Assembly (NCBI GenBank): GCA_944393415.1
Contig: CALYAD010000068.1
Coordinates: 4,603-68,602 of the forward strand
DNA: 64,000 nt
Source of the DNA: an uncultured Clostridia bacterium
GTDB taxonomy: Bacteria; Bacillota; Clostridia; Oscillospirales; CAG-272
Direction: 5' to 3'
Shown here: positions 30,185-39,411 of the stretch, piece by piece
Layout: each line of letters begins with the position of its first letter
Numbering within the stretch: position 1 is the stretch's first letter
Notes under the pieces: generated by a model
What the model was told of the DNA's origin: nothing
Seen by the model: only the letters and a program-made list of their open reading frames with translations
Databases searched by the model: none
Program-made: the position numbers and the translations under genes

Positions 30185-31354
30185 CTATCCCTCTTTGATC
30201 ACTGCCGTACCTCGATCCGGGACCATATCGACAAGTATGTACCGACTGCCATCCTCGGCGATACGAACATTGACCGTTTCCGTTTTACCGTCATATTCAA
30301 AAACCGCTTTATCCCAATTCTTGAAGACATCAACCCTGACAGTGAGAGGCATGTCGTAAATTTCGTCGTTAAGACGATCCTTCAGAGTCAGCTCTATCTG
30401 TTTTCCGGAAACCGTCATATCAAGGCTCGCATTATTGTATTCCTTGGTATATAAAGTCCCTTCGGTAAGAGTTGCGCACCAAAGCTCCCCGCTATCCGAC
30501 TTATCGGCTATGTATTCAAAAAGCTCGGACGCCTTGCTCTGCGCGACGTTATGGCCTGAGGGCACCTCCGTCTCCCATATATTATGGAAGCAGTATATGC
30601 CCCATCCCTGATACTCTATGATATTATCGACATATTCAAACCAGCGCGTTCTGTAGTCGTCGGAGGCGTTGACCATCATACAGTTGAGACTGCTGAAATC
30701 AATATCGCTTATATTGTTCAGACAATCAACTTTTGTTCCGTCAAAATCCCCGGCTCCTCCCGTGTTTCGCTGTGAAATGAAATTATCTTCTATTATTTTT
30801 ATAGCCTCCGGCGTTCTGCCCTCATACCCTTGAGCATTGGTAAATCCCGGGATAACATAGCATAGGATTTTCTGATCGCTGAAGATCTCTCTCATACGTT
30901 CAGCCGCGCCTACTATTTCATCGGTCATGTGTCCGGGCTCGTATTCATATTCAATTACAGTGCCGTCCTTTTTTATATAAGTTCCGCTCTCCCCTTCGTC
31001 GCCAAAGCCGTACCAAGTGTGACTTTGAGTATGATTGGCAATGTCAAAGTAGCCGGTTCTGACTATTGACTGCCATTCCGCGGCGTTGGCGGTAGGAACG
31101 CCATCCTTGCTTACGACCTTGTCCGCGATCATTGCGAAAGTACCGCAGAGCCCCTTCTCCTCAAATTCCTTCAGCATAAATCTTGCCGACGGAAGATCGC
31201 CGTCGTCGTGAACGATAGTTACGATCCCGCTTCTTCCGCCTTTTACCGGAAGCACCTCGGCGGTCAACGTCTTTGCCTCCGAGCATGACGCAAAGTTGAA
31301 CATTATATTAGACATAACAAATAACAACACCGCAATGATAATCAGCTTCTTCTT
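30185..31354 (-). CDS. Polysaccharide deacetylase-family putative lipoprotein
   Basis: MKKK signal with FASC lipobox-like site; TIVHDDG, ANHTQSH and FH motifs. Confidence 0.7.
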   Translation of the reverse strand, partial: KKKLIIIAVLLFVMSNIMFNFASCSEAKTLTAEVLPVKGGRSGIVTIVHDDGDLPSARFMLKEFEEKGLCGTFAMIADKVVSKDGVPTANAAEWQSIVRTGYFDIANHTQSHTWYGFGDEGESGTYIKKDGTVIEYEYEPGHMTDEIVGAAERMREIFSDQKILCYVIPGFTNAQGYEGRTPEAIKIIEDNFISQRNTGGAGDFDGTKVDCLNNISDIDFSSLNCMMVNASDDYRTRWFEYVDNIIEYQGWGIYCFHNIWETEVPSGHNVAQSKASELFEYIADKSDSGELWCATLTEGTLYTKEYNNASLDMTVSGKQIELTLKDRLNDEIYDMPLTVRVDVFKNWDKAVFEYDGKTETVNVRIAEDGSRYILVDMVPDRGTAVIKEG

Positions 31355-31411
31355 CATATCATTTACCGTCCCTTTCATAAAATCAACAAATCAATATTTT
31401 AAAGCGTTTTT

Positions 31412-33301
31412 TCACAGCTTCCACAGCTCCGCGCTCGCGTCGCTGGGCATACGCCAATCTCCTCTCGGAGACAGAGCAATGGTACCGATCTTCGGACCGT
31501 CAGGCAGACATGAACGCTTAAACTGCTGGGATATAAACCTCCGGGTAAACACAGAGAGCCAGTGCCTGATAGTCTCCTCCGTATAGCTGCCTCCATGAGC
31601 GTAGCAGGCAAGTCTTAATATTTTTGCGGGGGTAAATCCGTAACGTATGAAATAATACAGGAAAAAGTCGTGAAGCTCATATGGTCCTACTATATCCTCC
31701 GTAGCCTGTGAAATTTCACCGTTCTTAGGAGGAATAAGCTCGGGGCTTACCGGAGTTCCGAGAATATCATAGAGTGTCGAGCGAAGCTCCTCATCCGCGC
31801 TTGCGTCCGCGTAATATCTTACAAGATACCGGACAAGCGTCTTGGGAACAGACGCATTAACTCCGTACATAGACATATGGTCGCCGTTATATGTCGCCCA
31901 CCCAAGCGCAAGCTCCGAAAGATCGCCCGTACCTACTACTATACCTCCGCTCATATTCGCGATATCCATAAGCACCTGTGTGCGCTCTCTCGCCTGACAA
32001 TTCTCATATGTTACGTCATATCTCTCCGGATCCTGACCGATATCCTCGAAATGCTGCAGCACGGCCTTTCGGATATTGACCTCCCTGAAGGTAACGCCCA
32101 GTGCCGAGCATAATTTTTCCGCATTGCCTTTGGTCCTTCCTGTAGTTCCGAAGCAAGGCATTGTCACAGCCGTTATATCCTTTCTGGAGCGCCCGAGAGA
32201 GTCCATAGCCTTGACCATGACGAGCAAAGCAAGGCAGGAATCAAGTCCTCCGGAAATTCCGACGACAATATTTTTGCAGTTAATATGCTTAATACGCTTT
32301 TTCAAGGCACTGGACTGCATCTCAAGGATAGTCTCGCACCTTTCCTTACGTGCCGACTCGTCAGACGGAACAAACGGCAAGGGAGCTATATATCTGGTCA
32401 GAACGGTCTTTTCGCTCTTTTGATGAAAATACACGCTTCTGCAGCTTTCACCTCCGCTGAAGGTATTATTTCTCATTCTGTCGTGTGTCAGTCTCTGAAG
32501 ATCAATCTCAGTAACAGTGATCTGAGGCTTGAAAAGCCTGCTTTCAGCAAGAACCGTACCGTTTTCGCATATCAGGGAATGACCGGAAAAAACAAGATCG
32601 GTCGACGATTCCCCGTCCGAGCAGTCAGCATACAGGTATGCGCAGCACAGCTTCGCGGACTGAATGGAGACAAGCGATCTCCTGTATTCCGGCTTGCCTA
32701 TTACCTCGTTCGAGGCGGAGAGATTTACTATAACCGTCGCCCCCGCAAGCGCGAGCCCCTCGGACGGAGAGGCGGGAACCCACAGATCCTCACATATCTC
32801 CGCACCGACCACAAACTCCGGTATCTCTGCCGATCTGAACAGAAGCTTGGCCCCAAAAGGAATCCGCTCGCCGAACAAAACGATCTCGCTTATATCCTTC
32901 GGCGCCGGAGAAAAATGGCGTGACTCGTAAAATTCCGAATAGCCGGGTATATTTGTCTTCGGAACCAAACCGAGAATACTGCCGTTTGAAACAGCCGCCG
33001 CGCAGTTATACAGCGCGCCGTCAAAGTAAAACGGAAGTCCTACAAAAACCAGCATATCAGAGGAAACCGTTGCGTTTTTTATCTTCTCCAAGGCCCTTAG
33101 GCTTCCGTCAAGAACCACCTTCTGTCTGAAAAGATCGGAAAGCGAATATGATGAGATACACAGCTCCGGAAAAACCAAAAGCTTTATCCCCATTTCCTCC
33201 GCTATTTTAATATCTCTAACAATAATATCCGCGTTTCCCTGACAATCGGCAACCTTTAACTCCGGGGAGGCTACGGCAACCTTTATTAATCCGTCAAACA
33301 T
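31412..33301 (-). CDS. nadE: Glutamine-dependent NAD+ synthetase
   Basis: Nitrilase domain (FPEL, EICEDLW) fused to GISGGLDS, ENCQARER and QQFKRSCLPDGPK. Confidence 0.95.
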   Translation of the reverse strand: MFDGLIKVAVASPELKVADCQGNADIIVRDIKIAEEMGIKLLVFPELCISSYSLSDLFRQKVVLDGSLRALEKIKNATVSSDMLVFVGLPFYFDGALYNCAAAVSNGSILGLVPKTNIPGYSEFYESRHFSPAPKDISEIVLFGERIPFGAKLLFRSAEIPEFVVGAEICEDLWVPASPSEGLALAGATVIVNLSASNEVIGKPEYRRSLVSIQSAKLCCAYLYADCSDGESSTDLVFSGHSLICENGTVLAESRLFKPQITVTEIDLQRLTHDRMRNNTFSGGESCRSVYFHQKSEKTVLTRYIAPLPFVPSDESARKERCETILEMQSSALKKRIKHINCKNIVVGISGGLDSCLALLVMVKAMDSLGRSRKDITAVTMPCFGTTGRTKGNAEKLCSALGVTFREVNIRKAVLQHFEDIGQDPERYDVTYENCQARERTQVLMDIANMSGGIVVGTGDLSELALGWATYNGDHMSMYGVNASVPKTLVRYLVRYYADASADEELRSTLYDILGTPVSPELIPPKNGEISQATEDIVGPYELHDFFLYYFIRYGFTPAKILRLACYAHGGSYTEETIRHWLSVFTRRFISQQFKRSCLPDGPKIGTIALSPRGDWRMPSDASAELWKL

Positions 33302-33404
33302 AGCTTTGACCGTTCCTTTCGCTTGAATACCGCGGAGCGGCTTATCATTCTTCACACCGTGAGATCAAAATTGCCGCGACGGTAAATATATGCTTTTTTA
33401 TTAA

Positions 33405-33433
33405 ATTATACCAAGCTTTTTATACTTTGTCAA
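33405..33433 (-). promoter_or_regulatory. Sigma-A promoter of nadE
   Basis: TTGACA-17 nt-TATAAT. Confidence 0.75.
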
Positions 33434-33626
33434 GTATCTAAAAAAATATTCAATAGATAAAAATAAAGCAAAACCGTATAAGTATCTGATCCGCTCAATG
33501 AGCGTAACTTTCACGCTAAACCCCGCATTTATTTATTATTTAAATATTTTCCGATAATTCACAAGTTGATAACTCCAAAGAGATTTATGCAATGTATAAT
33601 TAAAACAAAAAGGACGGTATAGAAAA

Positions 33627-35303
33627 ATGACGATACGCGAAACTGTTAACACAGTGGTTTTCGATCTTCTCGAATTCTACACGGATAAATGCTTTAAAGA
33701 AGGCGAAAACGCCGAATACATGGACGTCAGACTGTTTGATGAGCCGGAAAAATTCGTAAAAGGCGCGTTTTTCAACGACGTCGCCCATCTTTGCGTATAC
33801 TACAAAAAGACGGGAGACAAGCGATTTGACGAAGCTGTAATGCGTCTGCATTTTGCCTGTGATCTGATAAAAAACGATAAAGTACGCACATGGGGTAAAA
33901 GCTCTCTGTTGCATGGCATGTGCACGCTCAGAGCTTCCGGGCTTCTCGGTCTTTTGTCCGAGGATGAAGTTTCGGCAATTGAGGAAAAAAGCCGTTATGA
34001 CGATTTTCTTGACCCTGAGACCGTAACTCTGAAGGGCTATCCCACAAATTATTATCAGGTGGCCATGGCATGCGCCGGAATGAGAGAGCTTCTGGGTTTT
34101 GAAAACGGCGGATATTGCGATAAAATAAAAGAAAAGCTGTTTTCCGTTATGCAGGGATTTTCCGACGACGGATGGATGGACGAAAATCCGCCTTACGGCA
34201 GATTCGACCGCTATACATTCATGATTTGCGCGGAGCTTTCCGACACCCTTTATTACATAAACCGTAAAACTCCCGATTTTGCTTTAAATAATCTGAAAAA
34301 CGCTTTTCGTCTCGCTATTGCCTGCGCCAACGAGAGAGGCGACGGAGTAATTTACGGGAGAAGTCTTTCGGTACACGGCGACTGCGCGTTTCTTGAGATA
34401 ATATCAACCGCCATGCGGCTCGGAATCGCCGAAAAGGAGGATATCCCCGTCGCATTAGCCTACAGCCGCGCCATCCTTCGGAAAACCCTTGATTTCTGGT
34501 ATGACCGTGACCGCAGATCCTTCAACCTCTGGCTTGACGGAAGGACCACGAACAATTACCGACAAATACACCGTCTGCTCGAGGTCAACCTCGACATGTG
34601 CAATCACCTCCTTACCACACTCGCGAACTTTGAAGCCGCAGGCTACGCGGATACCGAGCTTGATTCTCTATCCATACCAAATGCTCATCCGTTCGGGAAT
34701 CCATACATAGTTAATTATGTCAATGAAAATGACAAGGTAAGGACACTTTACAGCTTTGTCAACAACGGCAGGCTTATTCAGCTTCCGCTGATTTCCGCCG
34801 GTACGATGAAGCAGGCGGCGGCATACCTGCCGTTTCCCGCCTCCGTCGGAGAGCTTGAAGCCGCCCCGGAGACACAGATTCCCTGGCTTGTACCTGAGTA
34901 TACGACACACGAGGAAGGTGTAAAATATCTGCCGGCAGGATTTTATGACCGTATCGAAACCGCGAATTCCGAAGGCAAAACGGTTATAAGGGCTTCCGGC
35001 TTCCTTTCTGAGCTCAAAAACGGAGGCGCTCCGGAAAAAAGCCGTTACCGTTTCAACGCAGACTATGTTTTTGATAACACCGGCATTTTAATGAGTTTCA
35101 ACTCCGAATTAAAAGATGCTCGTTACAGGGTTATATACGCAAGACCATACGGAGCCCGATGTTACGTTACATCGGACACAGAACCGACAATAAGTAACAT
35201 AAGCGACGATAAGGAATTTTTCACGCCTCACGGAAGATGCACGCTCCTAAAGGAATGGACGGGTAACGGCTGCGCCGTAAATATCAAAATAACAGGACTT
35301 TAA
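33627..35303 (+). CDS. Hypothetical 558-aa cytoplasmic protein
   Basis: Long ORF with SD AAAGGA, no signal peptide and no family confidently recognised. Confidence 0.8.
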   Translation: MTIRETVNTVVFDLLEFYTDKCFKEGENAEYMDVRLFDEPEKFVKGAFFNDVAHLCVYYKKTGDKRFDEAVMRLHFACDLIKNDKVRTWGKSSLLHGMCTLRASGLLGLLSEDEVSAIEEKSRYDDFLDPETVTLKGYPTNYYQVAMACAGMRELLGFENGGYCDKIKEKLFSVMQGFSDDGWMDENPPYGRFDRYTFMICAELSDTLYYINRKTPDFALNNLKNAFRLAIACANERGDGVIYGRSLSVHGDCAFLEIISTAMRLGIAEKEDIPVALAYSRAILRKTLDFWYDRDRRSFNLWLDGRTTNNYRQIHRLLEVNLDMCNHLLTTLANFEAAGYADTELDSLSIPNAHPFGNPYIVNYVNENDKVRTLYSFVNNGRLIQLPLISAGTMKQAAAYLPFPASVGELEAAPETQIPWLVPEYTTHEEGVKYLPAGFYDRIETANSEGKTVIRASGFLSELKNGGAPEKSRYRFNADYVFDNTGILMSFNSELKDARYRVIYARPYGARCYVTSDTEPTISNISDDKEFFTPHGRCTLLKEWTGNGCAVNIKITGL

Positions 35304-35343
35304 ATACATCTCAATTTATCACAGGAAAGGCAGGTAAGGCTTT

Positions 35344-36048
35344 ATGGATCAGTTCGTCGTGTTTGAGGACGTCACCAAAATATATAAAACCGGAAGCGTC
35401 GAAATCAAAGCGCTTTGCAATACGACATTCGAGATAAAAAAAGGAGAGCTCTGCGTTATCGTCGGTCCCAGCGGAGCGGGAAAAACCACTCTTCTGAACA
35501 TACTCGGCGGAATGGACACTCTGACAAGCGGACATGTCTGGCTGGAAAACAAGGAAATTTCCGCGTACAACAAACGCCAGCTTACCGCCTACCGCCGCAG
35601 CGAGATAGGGTTTGTATTTCAGTTCTATAACCTGATACAAAATCTTACCGCGCTTGAAAACGTTGAGCTCGCGGCACAGATCTGCAAGGATCCGATGCCT
35701 GCCTCCGAGGCGCTCGCGCTCGTCGGACTTTCCGACAGAAGCGCGAACTTCCCTTCTCAGCTTTCCGGCGGCGAACAGCAGAGGGTGGCTATCGCGAGAG
35801 CCTTCGCGAAACGTCCCAAGCTGCTCCTTTGCGACGAGCCTACCGGCGCGCTCGATTACGCTACCGGTAAAGCTGTCCTGAAGCTGCTTCAGGATATGTG
35901 CAGAAACACCGGGATGACGGTAGTGATCATAACTCACAACTCCGCACTTACAGCCATGGCCGACAGAGTCATAAGAGTAAAGAACGGTACGGTTTCGTCC
36001 GTAGCACTGAACGAAAATCCCGTTCCGGTGGAGGATATAGAATGGTAA
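35344..36048 (+). CDS. ABC transporter ATP-binding protein (LolD/MacB-type)
   Basis: [22 protein letters not shown] and DEPTGALD. Confidence 0.93.
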   Translation: MDQFVVFEDVTKIYKTGSVEIKALCNTTFEIKKGELCVIVGPSGAGKTTLLNILGGMDTLTSGHVWLENKEISAYNKRQLTAYRRSEIGFVFQFYNLIQNLTALENVELAAQICKDPMPASEALALVGLSDRSANFPSQLSGGEQQRVAIARAFAKRPKLLLCDEPTGALDYATGKAVLKLLQDMCRNTGMTVVIITHNSALTAMADRVIRVKNGTVSSVALNENPVPVEDIEW

Positions 36049-38747
36049 GAGCGTTTTTCAAAACCACCGTGCGGGAGATAAAAAACAGTATCGGCAGATT
36101 TCTGGCAATTTTAATTATAACGGCTCTCGGAGTCGGATTTTTCGCCGGACTCAGACTCACTGAGCCGTCAATGACCGCCACAACAGACAAATTTCTGACT
36201 GAACAGAATTTGTTTGATTTCCGTCTGCTCTCGACTCTCGGCTTTACGGAGGACGATGTAAAAGCTTTTGACGGCGTCGATGGTATGACCGCTAAAGGCG
36301 CGTACAATGTGGATTTTCTCGGTCTGAGTGAAGGCGGCGAGCTTGTATTTAAGGCTCACTCGATCACCGACGGAATAAATATTCCCCGAGTTGTAGACGG
36401 AAATCTCCCCTCGGCGGATAACGAGTGCGTTGTTGACGCAAATATTTCGGGAGCCGCTCCGATAGGTTCAGTTATAAAGGTAGCCGATTCAAACACCGAT
36501 AACGCCAAGGACACTTTAAAATATACTGAATATAAGGTCGTCGGACACGTCCGCTCTCCCTATTATATAAACTTTGAGCGCGGGAGCACCTCGGTCGGCA
36601 CCGGAAGAATATCCGGATTTATATATCTGCCTGAGGGGGGATTCAACAGCGAGGCGTACCATGAGATATTTGTCGATGCGCCCATAAACGGAAAGGCTTT
36701 CGAAAACGAATACGACGAAGAGGCCGCCGTAATTTCGCAAAAAATTGAAAGCATTTTAAATGAACGCGGTCAAGAGCGCTATGATTCCATCTACAATGAG
36801 GCGCTCTCGGAAATAAACAGCAACCAGGCTGAGCTTGACGAAGCCGCAGCTGAGCTTGAGGCGGAAAAGCTTAAGCTTGAGGACTCAAAAGCCGAATATG
36901 AGAATTACAAAGCTTTATTTGAACAATATGAGTCATTTCTGACCGAGGAGCAGAAGGCAGAGTATCAAAAGCAGCTTGACGACGCGGCGAAACTTATCGC
37001 GGACGGTGAGAAAAAAATCCTGGACGCGGAAACCGCTATCGCCGAGGGACAAGCGGCAATCGACGAGGCTCGCTCCGAGCTCGACTCCCTGTCCGTTCCC
37101 TCGCTGTACGTACTCGGGCGCGACACAAACGTAGGATACGCCTGCTTTGAAAATGACAGCGGTATCGTTTCAGCAATTTCTGTAGTTTTTCCCCTTCTTT
37201 TCATGCTTGTTGCCATACTGGTCTGCATGACGACAATGGCGCGTATGGTCGATGAAAACCGTGTTCAGATCGGCGTATTCAAATCTCTTGGCTACGGAAA
37301 TTTCACGATACAGAGCAAATTTCTGATATATTCGGGGCTCGCGGCATGCGCCGGATGGCTCGGAGGATACATGCTCGGAAGCTATTTTGTGCCGAGAATA
37401 ATCTGGAACGTCTACAACATTATGTATAATTTCGCTGAGCTTGAGTATGTATTCGATCCGCTGCTGTTTGCGCTCTGCTTTTTAGCCGCTATAGGATGTG
37501 CCTGCGGCACGGCTTATTTGGCGTGCCGAGCGGAGCTGCGCTCAGTTCCTGCCGAGCTGATAAGACCCAAGGCTCCCAAAACAGGCAAAAAAATATTTCT
37601 TGAGCGCATAGGCTTTCTGTGGAAGCGTTTCAGCTTTCTTCACAAGGTGTCCGCGCGCAACATATTCCGTTATAAAAACCGTCTTTTCATGATGATAATC
37701 GGAATAGGCGGCTGCACCGCGCTGCTGGTTACGGGCTTCGGCATCAGAGATTCCATAAAAAACATAGTCGCCTTCCAGTTTGATGAGATCATGCTTTATG
37801 ATTATAACGTAAGCATTGAAGGCGACACCGACAGCGTTTACGATAATCTGATCTCTCTTGACGGTATTGAAAGCGGACTTGGCGTTTACCAGACCTCGGT
37901 CAATTTAACTAACGATCAGGAAAGACTGGACACTTACCTTCTCTCAAGCTCCGATCCCCGCTTTACCGATTTCGTCGATCTTCACAACGGAAACGAGGCC
38001 ATACAGTACCCTGAAAACGGAAACGCCGTTATCAGCGCCGGAGCAGCTGAAATTCTCGGTATTTCCGTGGGAGATAACATTACTGTAAACTTCGGTGAGA
38101 CACGGGAGACAGTTTTTAATGTTTCCGGTATTTTCGATAACTTTTTTTATAACTATATAATTCTCACTGAAAGCGACTGCGAGAAAGCGACCGGAAGCGC
38201 CGCTTCAACAAACGCCGTTTTTCTTAAAGCGACGCAAAACGAAAATTCCGGCGATCTTGCCGCAAGAATCAGCGGAATAAGCGGAGTGACAAGCGTCACA
38301 TCAACTTCCGATCTTACCGACCGCGTAAGCTCCTCCTTAGACAGTATAGAGTATATTGTGGTATTCGTCGTTATATGCGCAGCAGCGCTCGCGTTTGTCG
38401 TACTTTACAATCTCAGCAATATAAATATTGCCGAGCGTGTCCGTGAGATAGCCACTATTAAGGTTCTCGGCTTTTATAAGAAGGAAGTCTCCGATTATAT
38501 TTTCCGTGAAATTATAGCGCTGACGTTTATCGGAGCTGTCGTCGGACTTCCGCTCGGTAAGCTCCTTCACAGCTTTGTAATGCAGCAGATACAGGTCAGC
38601 TCTGTACATTTTGAGAACCGTATATCGGTTTGGAGCTTTCTGATAGCCTTCGCGATGACTGTCGTTTTCGCATTTCTGATCAATATTTTCATGGCGCGCA
38701 GACTGGATAAAATAGATATGTCAGGCTCTCTTAAATCAGTAGAGTGA
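36042..38747 (+). CDS. FtsX-like ABC transporter permease
   Basis: Two FtsX TM modules (IGVFKSLGY; EIATIKVLGF) and a coiled coil; start ATG 36042 overlaps the ATPase 3' end. Confidence 0.88.
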   Translation: MVRAFFKTTVREIKNSIGRFLAILIITALGVGFFAGLRLTEPSMTATTDKFLTEQNLFDFRLLSTLGFTEDDVKAFDGVDGMTAKGAYNVDFLGLSEGGELVFKAHSITDGINIPRVVDGNLPSADNECVVDANISGAAPIGSVIKVADSNTDNAKDTLKYTEYKVVGHVRSPYYINFERGSTSVGTGRISGFIYLPEGGFNSEAYHEIFVDAPINGKAFENEYDEEAAVISQKIESILNERGQERYDSIYNEALSEINSNQAELDEAAAELEAEKLKLEDSKAEYENYKALFEQYESFLTEEQKAEYQKQLDDAAKLIADGEKKILDAETAIAEGQAAIDEARSELDSLSVPSLYVLGRDTNVGYACFENDSGIVSAISVVFPLLFMLVAILVCMTTMARMVDENRVQIGVFKSLGYGNFTIQSKFLIYSGLAACAGWLGGYMLGSYFVPRIIWNVYNIMYNFAELEYVFDPLLFALCFLAAIGCACGTAYLACRAELRSVPAELIRPKAPKTGKKIFLERIGFLWKRFSFLHKVSARNIFRYKNRLFMMIIGIGGCTALLVTGFGIRDSIKNIVAFQFDEIMLYDYNVSIEGDTDSVYDNLISLDGIESGLGVYQTSVNLTNDQERLDTYLLSSSDPRFTDFVDLHNGNEAIQYPENGNAVISAGAAEILGISVGDNITVNFGETRETVFNVSGIFDNFFYNYIILTESDCEKATGSAASTNAVFLKATQNENSGDLAARISGISGVTSVTSTSDLTDRVSSSLDSIEYIVVFVVICAAALAFVVLYNLSNINIAERVREIATIKVLGFYKKEVSDYIFREIIALTFIGAVVGLPLGKLLHSFVMQQIQVSSVHFENRISVWSFLIAFAMTVVFAFLINIFMARRLDKIDMSGSLKSVE

Positions 38748-38759
38748 TAGAACTATTAT

Positions 38760-38807
38760 AGGGAAACTTTTTTCGAAAAGCTTCCCTTTTTTCTTTTAAA
38801 AACCTTT
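38760..38807 (+). terminator. Terminator or family-3 hairpin
   Basis: AGGGAAACTTTT...AAAAGCTTCCCT followed by a T-run. Confidence 0.6.
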
Positions 38808-38958
38808 CTCGTAACTTTCGCATATATTTTATTTTCAAAAGGTTTATAATTTATAAATAATCCCTGTGTTTTTTGCATATATTGGCTTTAGCAAAGACGT
38901 TACAAAATTAATATGTATAAATAAGTAATCAATATTAATACATAACGGGGGCTTATTT

Positions 38959-39252
38959 ATGCCAAAATATTTTTATTCCGGAAACGGCTTCACAGATGAC
39001 AGAAGCGAAATGTTAGCAAAGCACATTATCGAAACAGGCTCGACAGTACGCGATACGGCAAATTTTTTCGGTATCTCCAAGTCAACGGTACATAAAGACG
39101 TTACCGAAAAGCTTCAAAACCGAAATCCGGCGCTTTACAGCGCCGTAAGAGAAATACTTGACAACAATAAGTCGGTAAGACATCTCCGAGGCGGTGAGGC
39201 AACTAAAAGAAGATATGAGCTATTGAAAACTAAAAATCATTCGGATTTGTAA
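38959..39252 (+). CDS. spoIIID: Sporulation transcriptional regulator SpoIIID
   Basis: TVRDTA..FGISKSTVHKDVTE.L and RHLRGGEATK. Confidence 0.95.
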   Translation: MPKYFYSGNGFTDDRSEMLAKHIIETGSTVRDTANFFGISKSTVHKDVTEKLQNRNPALYSAVREILDNNKSVRHLRGGEATKRRYELLKTKNHSDL

Positions 39253-39311
39253 ATAATACTAAATGACGTTATTAAATTATGATAAAATGAGTAAAAATTA
39301 CTAATTGCCTC

Positions 39312-39340
39312 TTGACTTGTATTACATGACGATGTATAAT
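39312..39340 (+). promoter_or_regulatory. Sigma-A promoter of the glg operon
   Basis: TTGACT-17 nt-TATAAT. Confidence 0.7.
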
Positions 39341-39411
39341 ATAAATGTAAATATTAAATATTAATATAAAATTCTCTACCGCATTTATTTTCAGAAAGGA
39401 GACCACCGTAT

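Noticed and set aside
33302-33400. NAD-sensing riboswitch in the nadE leader
   Set aside because: The leader is GC-rich but matches no aptamer I can recognise.
33508-33520. Fifth copy of repeat family 1 (TTTCACGCTAA)
   Set aside because: Only about 11 nt match, too short to support.
33300-33700. Replication origin suggested by the switch from mostly minus- to mostly plus-strand genes
   Set aside because: No dnaA and no DnaA-box cluster; both halves contain genes on both strands.
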